A stretch of DNA of 64,000 nt, from NCBI GenBank assembly GCA_001179505.1, contig CDMY01000227.1, positions 310,001 to 374,000 of the forward strand, read 5' to 3'. Each line of letters opens with the position of its first letter. The first letter of the stretch is position 1. Shown here one piece after another: positions 26,690 to 39,002 of this stretch. The notes beneath the pieces were generated by a model. It was given only the letters and a program-made list of their open reading frames with translations, made no database searches and was not told the origin of the DNA. The position numbers were made by a program, and so were the translations under genes. The stretch is from Vitrella brassicaformis CCMP3155 (taxonomy: Eukaryota; Protista; Chromerida).

Positions 26690-27310
26690 GGTCGATGATG
26701 ATTCACAAGACAGATGCTATCTCTGTTTTCACACTAAGCTCGCCAACTAGCCTCAAAGAATCCATCGCCTTCGAGTGCGGCAGCGAAGAATGGTGAGTGC
26801 TTGACTAACAGGTCCTGCACACGCACACAGGTCCAGCAGAGGGAGAGAGCAGCACATGTCCACCATGCAATTCCGTTATGCACCAGCGTTCGTGGTGCCA
26901 CTCGCTCTTTTTTCTTACCTTCTTCTCGTAGAATGTTTGTTTTGCCTCTGCTGTTCCAACGACTATCCTCCAGCGACGCCTCTCCCATCCACCGCACTTT
27001 TTTGTGACCGTCTGCGGCCCGTGTGTTGTCTGTGCACGTCGGATAAATGCTGAGATCTCCGATTGTTGCGCTACTTTTCGGTCTGCTCGCATCAGATAGC
27101 GGCGTAACAATGGCAACGAACGAACGAACGGCAAGAAGAGATCCTCACTCTCAAGCTCGCACTGGACGTCCGGACGGCGCTTTTTGGTTTCTTGGCGCGG
27201 GGGCTCGCACTGGATGTGCAGCAACGCTTTGTTGGTGCCTTTTTGCGCGGTACAACAGGGACTGCGTCAGCAGACGGCAGACAGCAGAGATCTGTCATCA
27301 ATCTGCCCAT

Positions 27311-28903
27311 ATGATCATGCCGCGCAGTGTGCTCAAGCTCTGGCTCTCTGCAGCCCTCTTTCTGGTGCCTCCGCCCGCCACAGCCCGCCTGCTGTCGCCC
27401 GATGGCGAGCGATCCTTCCTCACGACGCGTGGGCCTCGCACGAGGAGATGGGGCTGGAGATCATGGGCCTTGACCTAAGCCAACCACTGCCAGGCAAAGT
27501 GAAGAGGGAGCTGCGGAGACTCATCCACGAGTATTCGGTCCTGCTGTTCCGCGGGCAAAACCGCACATGCCACCATGGTGAGCAGACACTCTCACGCAGG
27601 CACTCCTAATGGTTCGAGTGCTGGTGTGTGTGTTGGTGCAGAGGCGGATTTCCTGCGCATTTTCCCCCACAACGAGACTGCATACGAGCTGGGCGAACGA
27701 GGAGCAGGTGTGTACGTCTGCACACCACGTACCCATGCAGGCAGCCAGCCACCCAGCCAGCGTGTGTGTGTATGGTGTAGGCTCCACTAGCAATCGTATC
27801 GGGGGCATTCTGGGCTGTCCGCACACCGTCGCTGAGTTCAAGGCGCCTTATAGGATATCGGAAGACGAAGAACGGAATCGGAAGTACTGGTTCGGCCACA
27901 GCTGGCACTGTGATGAGGCCTTCAAAGCGGTTGCGCCTCCCCTCTACACCGCAAGTAGCAAGAACAGAAGCAAAGGGCTGGTTAAGGTCTCTAGCTGTGG
28001 ATGTATCTCCTCTCCTCTCCTCTCCTTTCTTTGGGTGCATTGCTGCCTGCAGTTTCGATGAAGGTAGCCGCCGCCACTGGCGGCGAGACACTTTACATCG
28101 ACTCGCGCAAGGCCTACGAGCAGACACGCCGAGAGCTGAAATCCATCATCGACAAAGCACGGGTGGGTGAGCACGGATGATGGACGAGTGGACATGGGAG
28201 TGTCGCCCTTGTTTCTGTCTGCTGCAGCTCGAATACTACGTCATCGATAAGAAGTTCGGCGCAGAATTGCATGACACCGGGAGACACCGAATGGATAACA
28301 TGACCAACGCGCGCCTGAAGGCCATGCAGTCGGACTTGCCAGCCATCCCGTCCGGGGTACACCCGCTCGTCACTCAGGTATGGTCAGGAGTGTGTGTGAG
28401 ATGACGAGCATGTCCGGTTGATTTGGCTGCTCTCATGTCCAACCATGCGGTGTGTACTGTACAGGACCCTCGCACTGGCCGCCGCTCTATCTATGTGACC
28501 CCTGAGGCTGCGTATGCCTTCAGCGGCTACACACCGCAGGATACGCACCGCATCCTCCACGAGGTTAGTGCAATCCGTTGACGCACACACTTCTACGCAT
28601 GCAAGGCAGATTGATTGGTACGCTGATCAGGTCCTGTCACCTGCAATCAGTGCTGAAAATGTATACGTCCACGTAAGCAGTCGTCCATCAGCACACAGCC
28701 GACACAGGGAGCTTGGATGCATGTGTGCCGTGCCTTCATCGCGTTGTGTGTGTGCACAGCATTGGCGAGCGGGCGATATTTTGGTGTGGCCCCAGCGTCA
28801 GGTCATCCACAGCTACACGCCCAAGAGCCGATACGAGGGCCGAGAGAGGCACTTTCACCAGCTCCACGTGCCGGCACACCTTCCCGTTTTCCCAGCCACT
28901 TAG
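27311..28903 (+). CDS. TauD/TfdA-family Fe(II) dioxygenase-like protein with signal-peptide-like leader; apparent frameshift near 27437
   Basis: HEEMGLEIMGLDLSQPL..YSVLLFRGQ, HSWHCDEAF (HxD), GGETLYIDSRKAYE, VHPLVTQ|DPRTGRRSIYV, HWRAGDILVWPQRQVIH. Canonical introns. Confidence 0.8.
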
Positions 28904-28949
28904 AGTGGGGGCATACACTGTATTGATGCCATTGGGGGCTGTGTGTGCG

Positions 28950-29408
28950 CACGTTTGTGTGTATGGCTGTATGTGTGTGTGCACGAATCACCACTTTCGA
29001 TGGTCGATGGTTCCTTCGGCCATCCAGCCGATCTTGCGCAGTTCTGTCTTCCTTGCCCCCTCCCTCTGTCGTTGTGGATGTTTTTATGCAGTCTACCGCT
29101 CATAGTTTCCCCGGTCGGTCTTTATCAGTGATCCATCCATTCGGTCTCTGTGTGTGCGGAAGGGGTGGCTTTACGGCAGGGGATCGATGCATGCATTTTG
29201 CCTGGATGCCGGAGTGCTATCTCCGAGTTTTGTGTGTGTCGTCGAGCGGGTGAGTGTTTGACTGCTGACCTGTTCTAGCTGCCTTACACCGGGCTCCTTG
29301 TCTGATGGGGAAACCTGCCTCGTCTGTGTCTGTCTAAGTGTGTGTGTGTGTGTGTCATGCGAATGCGAGGCTCGAAGGCCACCCGAGCCTGAGCCCGTCT
29401 GTGTGTGT

Positions 29409-29444
<36 letters not shown>

Positions 29445-30850
29445 TGTGTGTTTGTGCATGTCTTGCTGGCGTGCCCTATTTTGCTACATGCTGTATGTGG
29501 AGCCAGTGCACCATCGATCCATCGCCCTCTCGAATGTCTGTTTGCAAACGCACATGTCAGCCAGCAGTTTGGGGTGTTTTACCGCCAGTTTGTTTTGTCC
29601 CATGCATTGCATTCATTGATGGGTGGATGGGATGCAGTCTGTAGTGCGTGCGTACGTTTGTATGACCATCTTTCTCTCATCCTGGCACGGCGAGCAAGCA
29701 GGCAATCCGGCAGGCAGGCAGGTAGGCAGGTAGGGAGGCACAGTGGTGTTTTGTGTCTGGTTGTTTGCTACCAGTGGGCTCTTTGCCATGGATGTGAGTG
29801 GTGTCAGTCACGTGTGCGGAAGGGACCTTAATTGCGTCACCTTTGTCCTAGCATGCACCTCTTGCGCCATCGACCAGCCGCCCCTAATTACTTGGGGCGT
29901 TTTTGCGATGAATGAATCTTTCCTATGTGGCGAGTGCGTAGGTCGGTTGCTCCATGCTGCTGCCTGAAGTGAAGTGCGTGCTAATACTGGCACGAGTGTG
30001 TCAAAATGGCAAGAGCTCAAAGAGCTACTGGCTGCGTCTGTGTGTGGCTGTATGTGTGTGTGCACGAATCACCACTTTCCATGGTCGATGCTTTCTTCGG
30101 CCATCCCGCAAAGCATCGACCATCCCGCCGATCTTGCGCAGTTCTGTCTTCCCCGCTCCCTCCCTCTGTCGTTGTGGATGTTTTAGTATGCAGCCTACCG
30201 CTCATATTTCTCCCGGTCGGTCTTTATCAGTGGTCCATCCATTCGGTGTCTGTTGCGCGGGAGGGGTGGCTTTGTGGCAGGGATGGATGGATGCATTTTG
30301 CCTAGATGCCAGAGGGCTATCTCCGAGTTTTGTGTGTGTCGTCGAGCGAGTGCTGACCTGTTCTGTCTGCCTTGCACCGGGCTCTTTGTCGGATGGGGCC
30401 CTGTGTGTGCGTACGTCCGTGCGTGAGAGAGGCGAGGGGGGCTCTGTGTGTCTGTGGGGTGAGTTTTGTGCAGTCCGTAATACGCACGTTTGTGTGACTG
30501 TCTTTCCATCACTCGTGCTGGCAACCAGGCAGGCAGGATTGGTATATGACGTGTCACGTGTGTGTGACCTTCATTGCTGTCAGTGTCCGTTGAGCTTTGT
30601 CCGCCGTGCGATGTGACCCAGGGAGAATGGCATGTTTATCCTAGCACCTGTTGCACCATCGACCGGCCGTCTTACCTGTGGCGTTTCTGTGAACGCATCG
30701 CGGCAGTCAAGCTTTTGTAAGGGCTCAAGGAGCTCTCCATGTGTCGGCTAATGCAGCGGCAGGTGTCCGTGTATATGTCGGCTAGTGATGGATGAGTCTG
30801 CCTGCCTTTATGCGCAGGTCGGCTCTTGGGCTGCTGCCTTGCGGTTGGGT
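28950..30850. repeat. Imperfect non-coding tandem duplication (units ~28950-30030 and ~30035-30850)
   Basis: Shared blocks gtgtgtgcacgaatcaccactttc..gccgatcttgcgcagttctgtcttcc..cggtcggtctttatcagtg..ctatctccgagttttgtgtgtgtcgtcgagcg, and later cctagca..ccatcgacc(a/g)gccg. Confidence 0.85.
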
Positions 30851-31384
30851 GTTGTGAGTGCCAAACGCTTCAGAAGCTGATGAGTGCGTCTTTTATGTGC
30901 TTGACCCTCGTTTGCGTGTGTGTGGATATGGACATGGTGGAGTGAGGGCAAAATGACGTGAACCAGCCGACCACAGTCCTTCTCGCTCCCGCAATCCAAT
31001 CGCCCACCCACCCATACCACCCATACCACCCCTCCCTCCCTACCAAGGGCACGTGCGCACATGTCTGTGTGTGGTCAACACACGTTGCTTCCCCTCGACT
31101 GAGAGGAACGACACGATCCGTTGTGTAGAAGGGGAAAGGCTGCACTTGTGGCATGGTTCAGTGAACAGGCTGTGTCTCCGTGTGTTGAGGCGTAATTCGT
31201 AATCTCGCTCGAGGATGGATAACAAATATGTTCACTCCGCATGTAGGGCGGTCCGTGGCACGAACAAGAAGGAGTCGAATACGAATCGACACAGACCCCC
31301 TACCACCCGCTACCCCACACACCGGACTGACCAAACTCCCTACCCTCTACACTCCCTCCCTACCCTCCTCACCCGTACCCCCCT

Positions 31385-32843
31385 TTAGTAGCCCATGAGC
31401 ACCTGCACGTCCCGGCAGGTGTCGCTGAGGCGCAGCCGGCCCAGCGTGCAGCGCAGGCCGTTCTCGGTGGCCGTCTCGATCAGGTGCTCTAGGAGGTCGT
31501 CCCCGGGCTGCAGCGGGTGGGTGGCGAGCAGGCCCGCCCCGACGTGGTGGAGCTCGCCGTTGGAGAAGTCGTAGTCGGCGGGCTGGCTGGGCACCTGCGC
31601 CCCGTTGGCAGCGGAGACCCGCAGGCCAAACAAGGCGCACCGCAACCCGATGCAGTCCCGGGGGTGTGCGTAGAGGTACGACACCTTGCGGACGGCTTGG
31701 GCAAAGTGAGCGCTGCACACACGACACATACACAGAGAGAGATGCCGTGACATGACGATAGTGACATTATCTCCATGTGTCTCCCTCCTCGTCAGTCTTA
31801 CGGATGGCGGCAGGCTTGGATGACGGTCCGAATCCAGGCCTTGTACGCCGCATCCGCCCTGCTCCGGTCGATCTTGTCCCGAGATCGGAGCCGTCGCTGG
31901 GGCACTGTGAGGCCTCTCGTGTAGAGATTGATCCCCGCTCCCCGTAAGGCTGCCGCCTGCGCGTTGTTGAGGAGGAAGAGCGCTTTCGGCAAGGCAAAGC
32001 TTACGGGGATGAGGATGTCGGCGCCGTTCATCATGCGGATCCACAGCCCGCCCGCCGCCCGTCGCCACATGACCGCGCCCCTTGCGTTAAGCATGGGCTG
32101 GTCGGGCAGGCGGGCCAGCAGCAGGCGGGCGATGGGGACCGCTACGCAGCAGAACCACACGTAGAGCCGCACTCGTACTGATGGACAAACAAACAGGGAA
32201 CAGTCATGCGATCACTGGTTTTGACCGACATGTGTGTGAGGAGTGAGGTGGTTGAGGTCTCCTTACACTCAGGGCAGGGCTGGGGCGTCCACACGTGACA
32301 TATAGCATTGATGAAAATCCACTCATAACTGACACAAAAAGACAAAGAAGCAGCCACACATAATTGACACAGCCTAGCTGTGGTCATCCTGTCCGTCATT
32401 GTGTGTGTTGCCTTCCTTCCAGTCCGCGTTGATGCCCACGGAGTTGTTGTGCAGCTGGAGGTAGCGGACTATGAAGGGCAGGTAGTACCATAAATGAATT
32501 GTCACGTGCTGCCAAACAAACACACAAACACACAAACACACAAACACACAAACACACAAACACAAATTAAACAAATTAAACAAATGATGACATTGTGTTG
32601 ATGCATTTTGCATGCATCAATGTGAGAATGCATGTAGTGCAATGATGCATCACTCACTTGGTTGGTGTAGTGGTGGCGTGCACTGAAATGCAGCAGATGG
32701 GCGTACAACTCCCGGTGGTCCGGGAAGATGAGGCCCGCCACTGACCACACCCCAGCCACCAGGATCGGCCGCATATTCGGGAACGCCAGGCTTCGAAACC
32801 GGCAGCGCTGCACGATTCTCTTGGCCTCTGCGGGAGGCGGCAT
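31385..32843 (-). CDS. Hypothetical protein, spliced
   Basis: GC3-rich exons MPPPAEAKRIVQRCRFRSLAFPN..HHYTNQ, PIARLLLARLPDQPMLNARGAV..IQACRHP, and AHFAQAVRKVSYLYAHPRDCIG..VLMGY*. No known motif recognised. Confidence 0.6.
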
Positions 32844-35298
32844 TGTGGCGGCCTTCTGCGGATGGGCTGGTAGATGGGGGGAGGGGAGAGGGGGGGCAGC
32901 CTTTGATAGGATATCAGCAAAAGAGAGAGAGAGATGGGATGGGCGAGGATGCAGGATTATCAGAGTGCTTGAGCGGCGAATGCGCAAGCAGCGAGGGGTG
33001 GGCGAGGGCGATCCATCATCTGGGGGCCAAGCACGCACAAGGAAGACAATGAATGAGACTGGCTGCCTGTCTGGTGGTTCTCACGTACGTCTGTCACGTG
33101 CTTCGTTGGCGGTTTTCATCTCTGCAATGGCTGGTTCACTAAAGCGGGAGCGCTCCTGTGAGTGAGTGGTTGGATGAGGAGAGAGGTCACCAGTACGAGT
33201 CAACCAACCAGCAATGAGTAACTGAAGGCAGACACACGTGATAGGTGGCGTTCAACGGTGGCTACACGACTGCAGGAGACCATCATTGCAGGGTTGGGTG
33301 TCATCCACACACTCATTGATCAACACACACACAGATTGATTGTCCATCCTATCAATCACACACGTACTCATTGATCCATTCATTCAGTCACTGTGTGTCT
33401 GTGCTTTGCTTTGCTTCCCTCTCTGTGTCTGTGTGCTCTGTACGCAGAGCACTGTTCACCTGCCAGCTGCTCGATCACGGCTGCTCAATGCCTTGCTTCA
33501 CTTCCCATCTCTGTATTGCGTCGATTTCGTCGCCTCAACGTCACAAGCAGCTCGAGATCTGTGCGGAGATGATGTGTACCTACCAACGATCCAGCCATCC
33601 CGTCATTCATCGGGTCATTCCTTCATTCGCAGCAACAAAAAACAGCAGCGATCCTGTACGGTCTGTAAACGACTGCATTTGGCGTGTGTGCAGGAGAGGA
33701 CGTTCACTCCTTCACAGGGTGCCTACACATACGTACGGTGTGGTCCGATCGCTTCGGAAGGCGTCCTTCATCATCGCATTCGCACACGGTACGTATTGCT
33801 CATGAGGGAGGGGAATCTCATACGTACTGCTCATTTGGAGGTGTGCACTGTGTGTATGTGTGCACGTGTGCAGGCGTTCGTCACGCGAGGAGGCGTTGGT
33901 TCGATGTACAAAACGTTCTGCGCAGGTGGGGGGCACAGATGCGTCACTGTGCATTGGACGTCATTCCATGTGTATATGCATGCATATGCGCAGGTGCGAG
34001 GCGGCGATGTGTGCCATGTATACGTGTGAAGCGTTCCGTCGTGATCATTGATCGTTCAGGTACGTGCACACACCTATCGGATGCCGTACGATCAATCTGC
34101 ACATACCCCATGCATACTTGTTGCTTGTTCTGCAGGTCTTCCCATGCGTGTGTGTGTCGGCATGATGGGGGCCATCTGCGCGTAGGAGTGGGTGTGGGAG
34201 GAGGGGGAGGCGACGCCCCATGCGCGTTTCGACCCCGTCTGTGTGTGTGGACACAGGTTCAAACCTCTCAGTGTGACGTGACAATGCTTGGCGAGACTGC
34301 TGTGCCACACATGGCTTGGTGAGCGTGGTGGCGGGATGGGATGGGACACACTTCAGGAGGCTAGCTATGCCCATGTGTCATACACACTTCTGGGCGAGCG
34401 AGGATGCGCAGGCGCGAGTGACGGTGATGCCCCTCTTCGTCTGCGCACAGCAGAACACAGGTGTGTATGCACACAGTGTACGTACGGCGATCTGTGTCTT
34501 CAAGATCGGCGAGGGGGAGTGTGGTGTGGGTGCTCACAACACACCACACTCGCTTACATGAACGAAACCACATGTGTGTCCTCATGTGTTATACACCCAG
34601 ACGGGGGGTTAAAATGAGACTGGAGTCGTTGGAGACTGTGGCGCCTCTCTGTGGGAAGCAGCGAGCGAGCGAGCGAGCGAGCGAGCGAGGGGTGATTCAT
34701 GGTTGTCGGTCTGTCTTTGATGGATGGTATGGTGTCTCTGCGATGAGTGGAGAGGCCGCTGTGGGATGTGCCGATCGCTGCCTACGTTTTATATCTGTCG
34801 AGTTTCGTTCGATCCAGATTGATGCGATGCGTTGACATGAGAGGTTGTTCAGCTTGACGTCGGGTTGTAGATCAGTGAACATTCACACGATGTCATTCAT
34901 ACGTGAAGCTTCGTACATCACTCGCTGTCTGGGAGCCACACGCATGAAACCGGCAGATACACCCAGTCAGTGGCAACACTGATACGTCCATCCATCCATC
35001 CATCCATGTGTGCATGAAGCCAGACAGAGATGTGATGACGGCCTACACTCTATCGTGATAGGATCGTCTTCCTTATGGTTCACGCAAAGGCATCGACACG
35101 AACCGTTGCTGAGACATATTCTTGTCCATCAGTGGATATTTACACCAGTTTCGCATGCATGATGACAGAAATCATAGTGCCAACACAACTCCACCCACCC
35201 ATCCCACGCCATGTACTCGACTGACACGAACCCACATAGAATAGAGACACGTGTACTGTCCCCCTGGCTGGCTGGCTGGCTGGCTGGCTGCTGGAAGT

Positions 35299-36989
35299 CT
35301 AGGTAGCCTTCCCTGCCAGTGCCCATTCCCTGAGCCGCCTCACGCCCTCATGAACATGCACCCGTCCCTCATACCCCAGCTCCTTCCGTGACACGCTGTC
35401 ATCCACCTGCACGCAACGTACACAGAGCGCACACGACTGACTGACTGACTGACATGTGTGTGTAGGTGTGCTCTCATATGTGTTTGTTTGTGGATGCAAT
35501 GCACACCGTGAATGGCCCCTCGAGCACGTGCCGTATGACCTCCATCTGTGTGCCCCTCCTCAGCAAGCGCAGTGCGCTGCGCCATCGAGGAAGGTTGGGG
35601 GCCTTCCCGTCCTTGTAGAGGGATGAGGGCAGCGCATCGAGGTCCCAACCAATGGCAGACATCACTGCAGTGAAGAACTCCCGCCACCTGCATCGATGCA
35701 TCCACGACGGGAGAAATGCTCCGCGCGCAGGTTGGTGGGAGGGTGGTCGGGCTTTTGCTCACTCACTCGACTGGATTGCCATCGGTCACGTGATAGGCTT
35801 GGCCTGACCTGCAGGGCAGACACACGGCCACACCGGGACGCACGCGGGTCGGCACATGAGAGACTGGTTGGCTGACCGTCCATTGACGCAAGCTTTGAGC
35901 AGGCCCTCGACCACGTTGCTCACATAGCAGGTGGACTTTAAATATCGACCCTGCCCTGCCCACGTGTGCCGTCCAGAGGATACCTGCACGCACACGACAG
36001 GCGCGTGCAGGTGAGTGATCTACACACGGAGGTTGGCAGCTGTACGTGTGGATCCCTGACCCCGTTCCCCTAACCGTCATATTCCAAACTCGCAGCAGGG
36101 AGGTGTCATTCGGGCCCCACACGATCGGTGGCCGAAGCACTATGCGCGTCATGTTTGAATCAGATGCACCAAGCACCATCCTCTCAGCCATCTGTGAAGA
36201 CGCACATACACACACACACACACACATACACACACACACACACACACATGCGCACATTCAAAAGACTTCCCGCACGCCTTGCCTGCTTGGACTTCGCGTA
36301 GAAGTTGAGCGGCCTTCTCGGATAAGGGCTTCCCTCGCTGATATTGCGGTACCTCTTGGCCAGCCAGCGGCTCCTCGCATCGAGGAAGACCAGCGTCGAT
36401 GACGCATAAATGAATCGTTGCACCCCCGCTTTCTCGGCAGCCTCGAGCAGGTGGCGCGTCAGATTCACAGCGGGAGACTCAAATGCTGACCAACCCTGCA
36501 CACCAACACAGCACATGCATGCATGTGCTGTGTGGGGTTGTGCGTGAGTGCTGCACGCACCTGTTCGTCCGTCAGGGCCACATTGGCCGCCAAGTGGATG
36601 ACAACGTCAACACCGTCAAGCGGCTCATCCATAGCACACGCCTCAGCCCCGAACCTCCTCACCTTCTCCGCTGCCTCCTCGCTCCTCACATACGCCCGTA
36701 CCTCCCCCACACGCAGCCCCGCCCCCTCCTCCCTCCTGCCCTCTTTGATCGCCTGCAGGGCCTCGAGCAGATGCTGACCGACGAACCCAGAGCCGCCAAC
36801 CACACCGATGCAAAGGCCCCTCCCTTGCTGCTGCTGCTGCTGCTGCTGCGATAGTTGCTGCGGCGGCTGCTGCTGGCTTGGAGCCCTGCTGCGTAATCGA
36901 GTGCATTTCTGGTGCTGCAGCGGTTGAGATGGGGGTAGGTGGACGCCCAGAGATGGCAGCACGAACAGGAACGTGCCCAGAGGACCCAT
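35299..36989 (-). CDS. Extended SDR / NAD-dependent epimerase, 3-beta-HSD-like, with N-terminal leader and poly-Q
   Basis: IGVVGGSGFVGQHL (GxxGxxG), VDVVIHLAA, RFIYASS, FYAKSKQ (YxxxK), LRPPIVWGPND, CYVSNVVEG, AYHVTDG. Confidence 0.88.
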
Positions 36990-37354
36990 CTAAGTGAGGA
37001 CGTTGCAGTGGAAAGCTGCTTGTTGGAGCGGAACCCGGTGAGTGCGAAGCTGATTTTCTCTCAGATCCCCGTCTGATTCATGTCCACTAGACACAGGGAA
37101 GCCCTTTTCTGTCCCAAATCGCTCCCTTTGCCTCTGCCGATCCCCGAAGGAAGGAGCGTTTGAAGGAGTCAATGGTGAGATTGCCCCGCTTCTTTCATCG
37201 AACACAAGCCAATCTTTCGGACTTTTCCTTTCCAGTATCCTGCCTGAGTCTGTGCGTGTGTCACGCGCTCGGAGGGCCCATCCACCGTCTGCAGCCAGCA
37301 TTTTCTGCGGCTGACATCGGTCCTCACACACAGGCGACACGAGGGCTCGCAAGC

Positions 37355-38648
37355 ATGGCCGCATTCACCAGCAGAACGGTCGTCAAGGTCAGTCAGCTCA
37401 GGCAGGCAGCGATGTTCACTCACCCGTTGATTGTGCAGACCGTTCTGAGCCGGGAGCAGAGTGAGGGCATGGGCGCGCGCGTCAGAAGGAGCATTGGGAG
37501 GTGAACGGATTGACAGACACACCGAACGCATCATCTGCCACACGTGCTTTTGTGTTGTTCTGTGTTCTGTGCATATGCCAGGCCCGAGCTGCCTCGTTTC
37601 GACCCATTTCTGTTGCTGGATGAGTTCAATGTCGGCGCTCCTGCCGGCTTCCCCGACCACCCACACCGGCAAGTCGAAAAGAGGAGGCAGACAAACGACA
37701 CATGACACAACCACACACGCACATGTGTTCCGCTCGGGCGTGCAGTGGGTTCGAGACGGTGACGTACATCTATCCCCACAGTGAGGGGACCTTCCAACAC
37801 GAAGATTTCTGTGGACATAAGGGCACCATTGGTAGCTGAGGGCAGGCAGGCAGGCAGCCGAATGAGCGCCCGATGCATGTGTGTGGTGTGTGTGTGTAGG
37901 TGCGGGTGACGTGCAGTGGATGACTGCCGGCCGTGGCATCGTCCACGCCGAGATGCCGCATGACGAGCGCAAGTCGCAGGGGCTGCAGCTGTGGGTCAAC
38001 CTGGCGGCAAAGGACAAAATGTGTGAACCTGCATACCAAGAACTGACACACAAGTAAGCCAGCCAGCCAGACAGACAAGTGGCAGCTCCAGACAGACATA
38101 CACACGATACATGGCGTCCTGATCTCCCAGGGAGCTCGCGGTGGCCGAGAAAGAAGGCGTCAAGGCAAGTGCCACTCATGACCTTCTACCAGATGAAGCC
38201 AGCATGTCTGTCCCTGCAGGCCATCGTCATTGCCGGTGAGGCGCTGGGCGCCAAGAGCCCCATCTTCACACGAGTGCCGACCACCTACATCCACCTGATC
38301 ATGCAGCCCGGCGCCCGGCTCCAGCAGCCGCTAGACCCTTCCCACAACGCCTTCGTGTACACCATTCAAGGCATCCTCACCATCGGCGGCTCAGATGTCG
38401 GCCCTCACCACACGGTCGTCCTGTCTGCCGGCGACAACACCGACGGTGTGGAGATCGTGGCCGGGGAAGCCGGGGGCCAGCTGGTGCTGCTGTCCGGGCA
38501 GCCGATAGGCGAGCCGGTGGTGCAGCACGGGCCTTTCGTGATGAATACGGATGAGGACGTCCAGCGGACATTTATGGACTACCAGCTGGCGCGGAATGGG
38601 TTTGAGCGGGCCAAGGGGTGGCAGTCGGTCATCGGGCTGCACTCGTGA
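37355..38648 (+). CDS. Pirin (bicupin Fe protein)
   Basis: EQSEGMGARVRRSIG, FDPFLLLDEF..GFPDHPHR|GFETVTY, GDVQWMTAGRGIVHAEMP, GLQLWVNL, GQPIGEPVVQHGPFVMNT. Confidence 0.95.
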
Positions 38649-39002
38649 CTCAGTGAGTGAGTGGGTGGGTGGGGATGGTTACGTGCAGACGTGAGTCAAG
38701 TGAGTTTGTGAAGTGGTCTTGTGGTTTTGCTCGTCGTCGAGAGGGCGAGGGGAGGGGAGGGGAGGGGAGGGGAGGGGCTGGCCCGATGGACCAGCAGCAT
38801 GTGGGTGTACATATATGGAATGTTCCTTGAAGAGTATAATATACTCGAGTGAGTCGGTCGATACGTCAGTCTATCAAGGTCACATTATAAAGAATCACGA
38901 CAGCCAACCAAACAGCTCAGTCAGTCAGCCAGTCTCGCTATCTCACCCACCCCACCCATTCACTACTTCACCACTCACGCAATTCCCCGACGCATCCATC
39001 CA

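Noticed and set aside
33050-35100. Possible gene or structured RNA in the 2-kb TACGT/ATGC-rich interval
   Set aside because: The ORFs lack GC3 bias and motifs, I could not build a consistent exon chain, and apparent hairpins are short and imperfect.
4881-36989. Abscisic-acid pathway idea (AAO3-like oxidase + ZEP-like monooxygenase + ABA2-like SDR)
   Set aside because: The monooxygenase has a generic class A GD motif (GDAAHAPYPGPGQG), not the ZEP pattern (GDSxHAMQPNxGQGG), and the fusion has no plastid leader. The SDR is the extended type whereas ABA2 is classical. No carotenoid cleavage dioxygenase is present.
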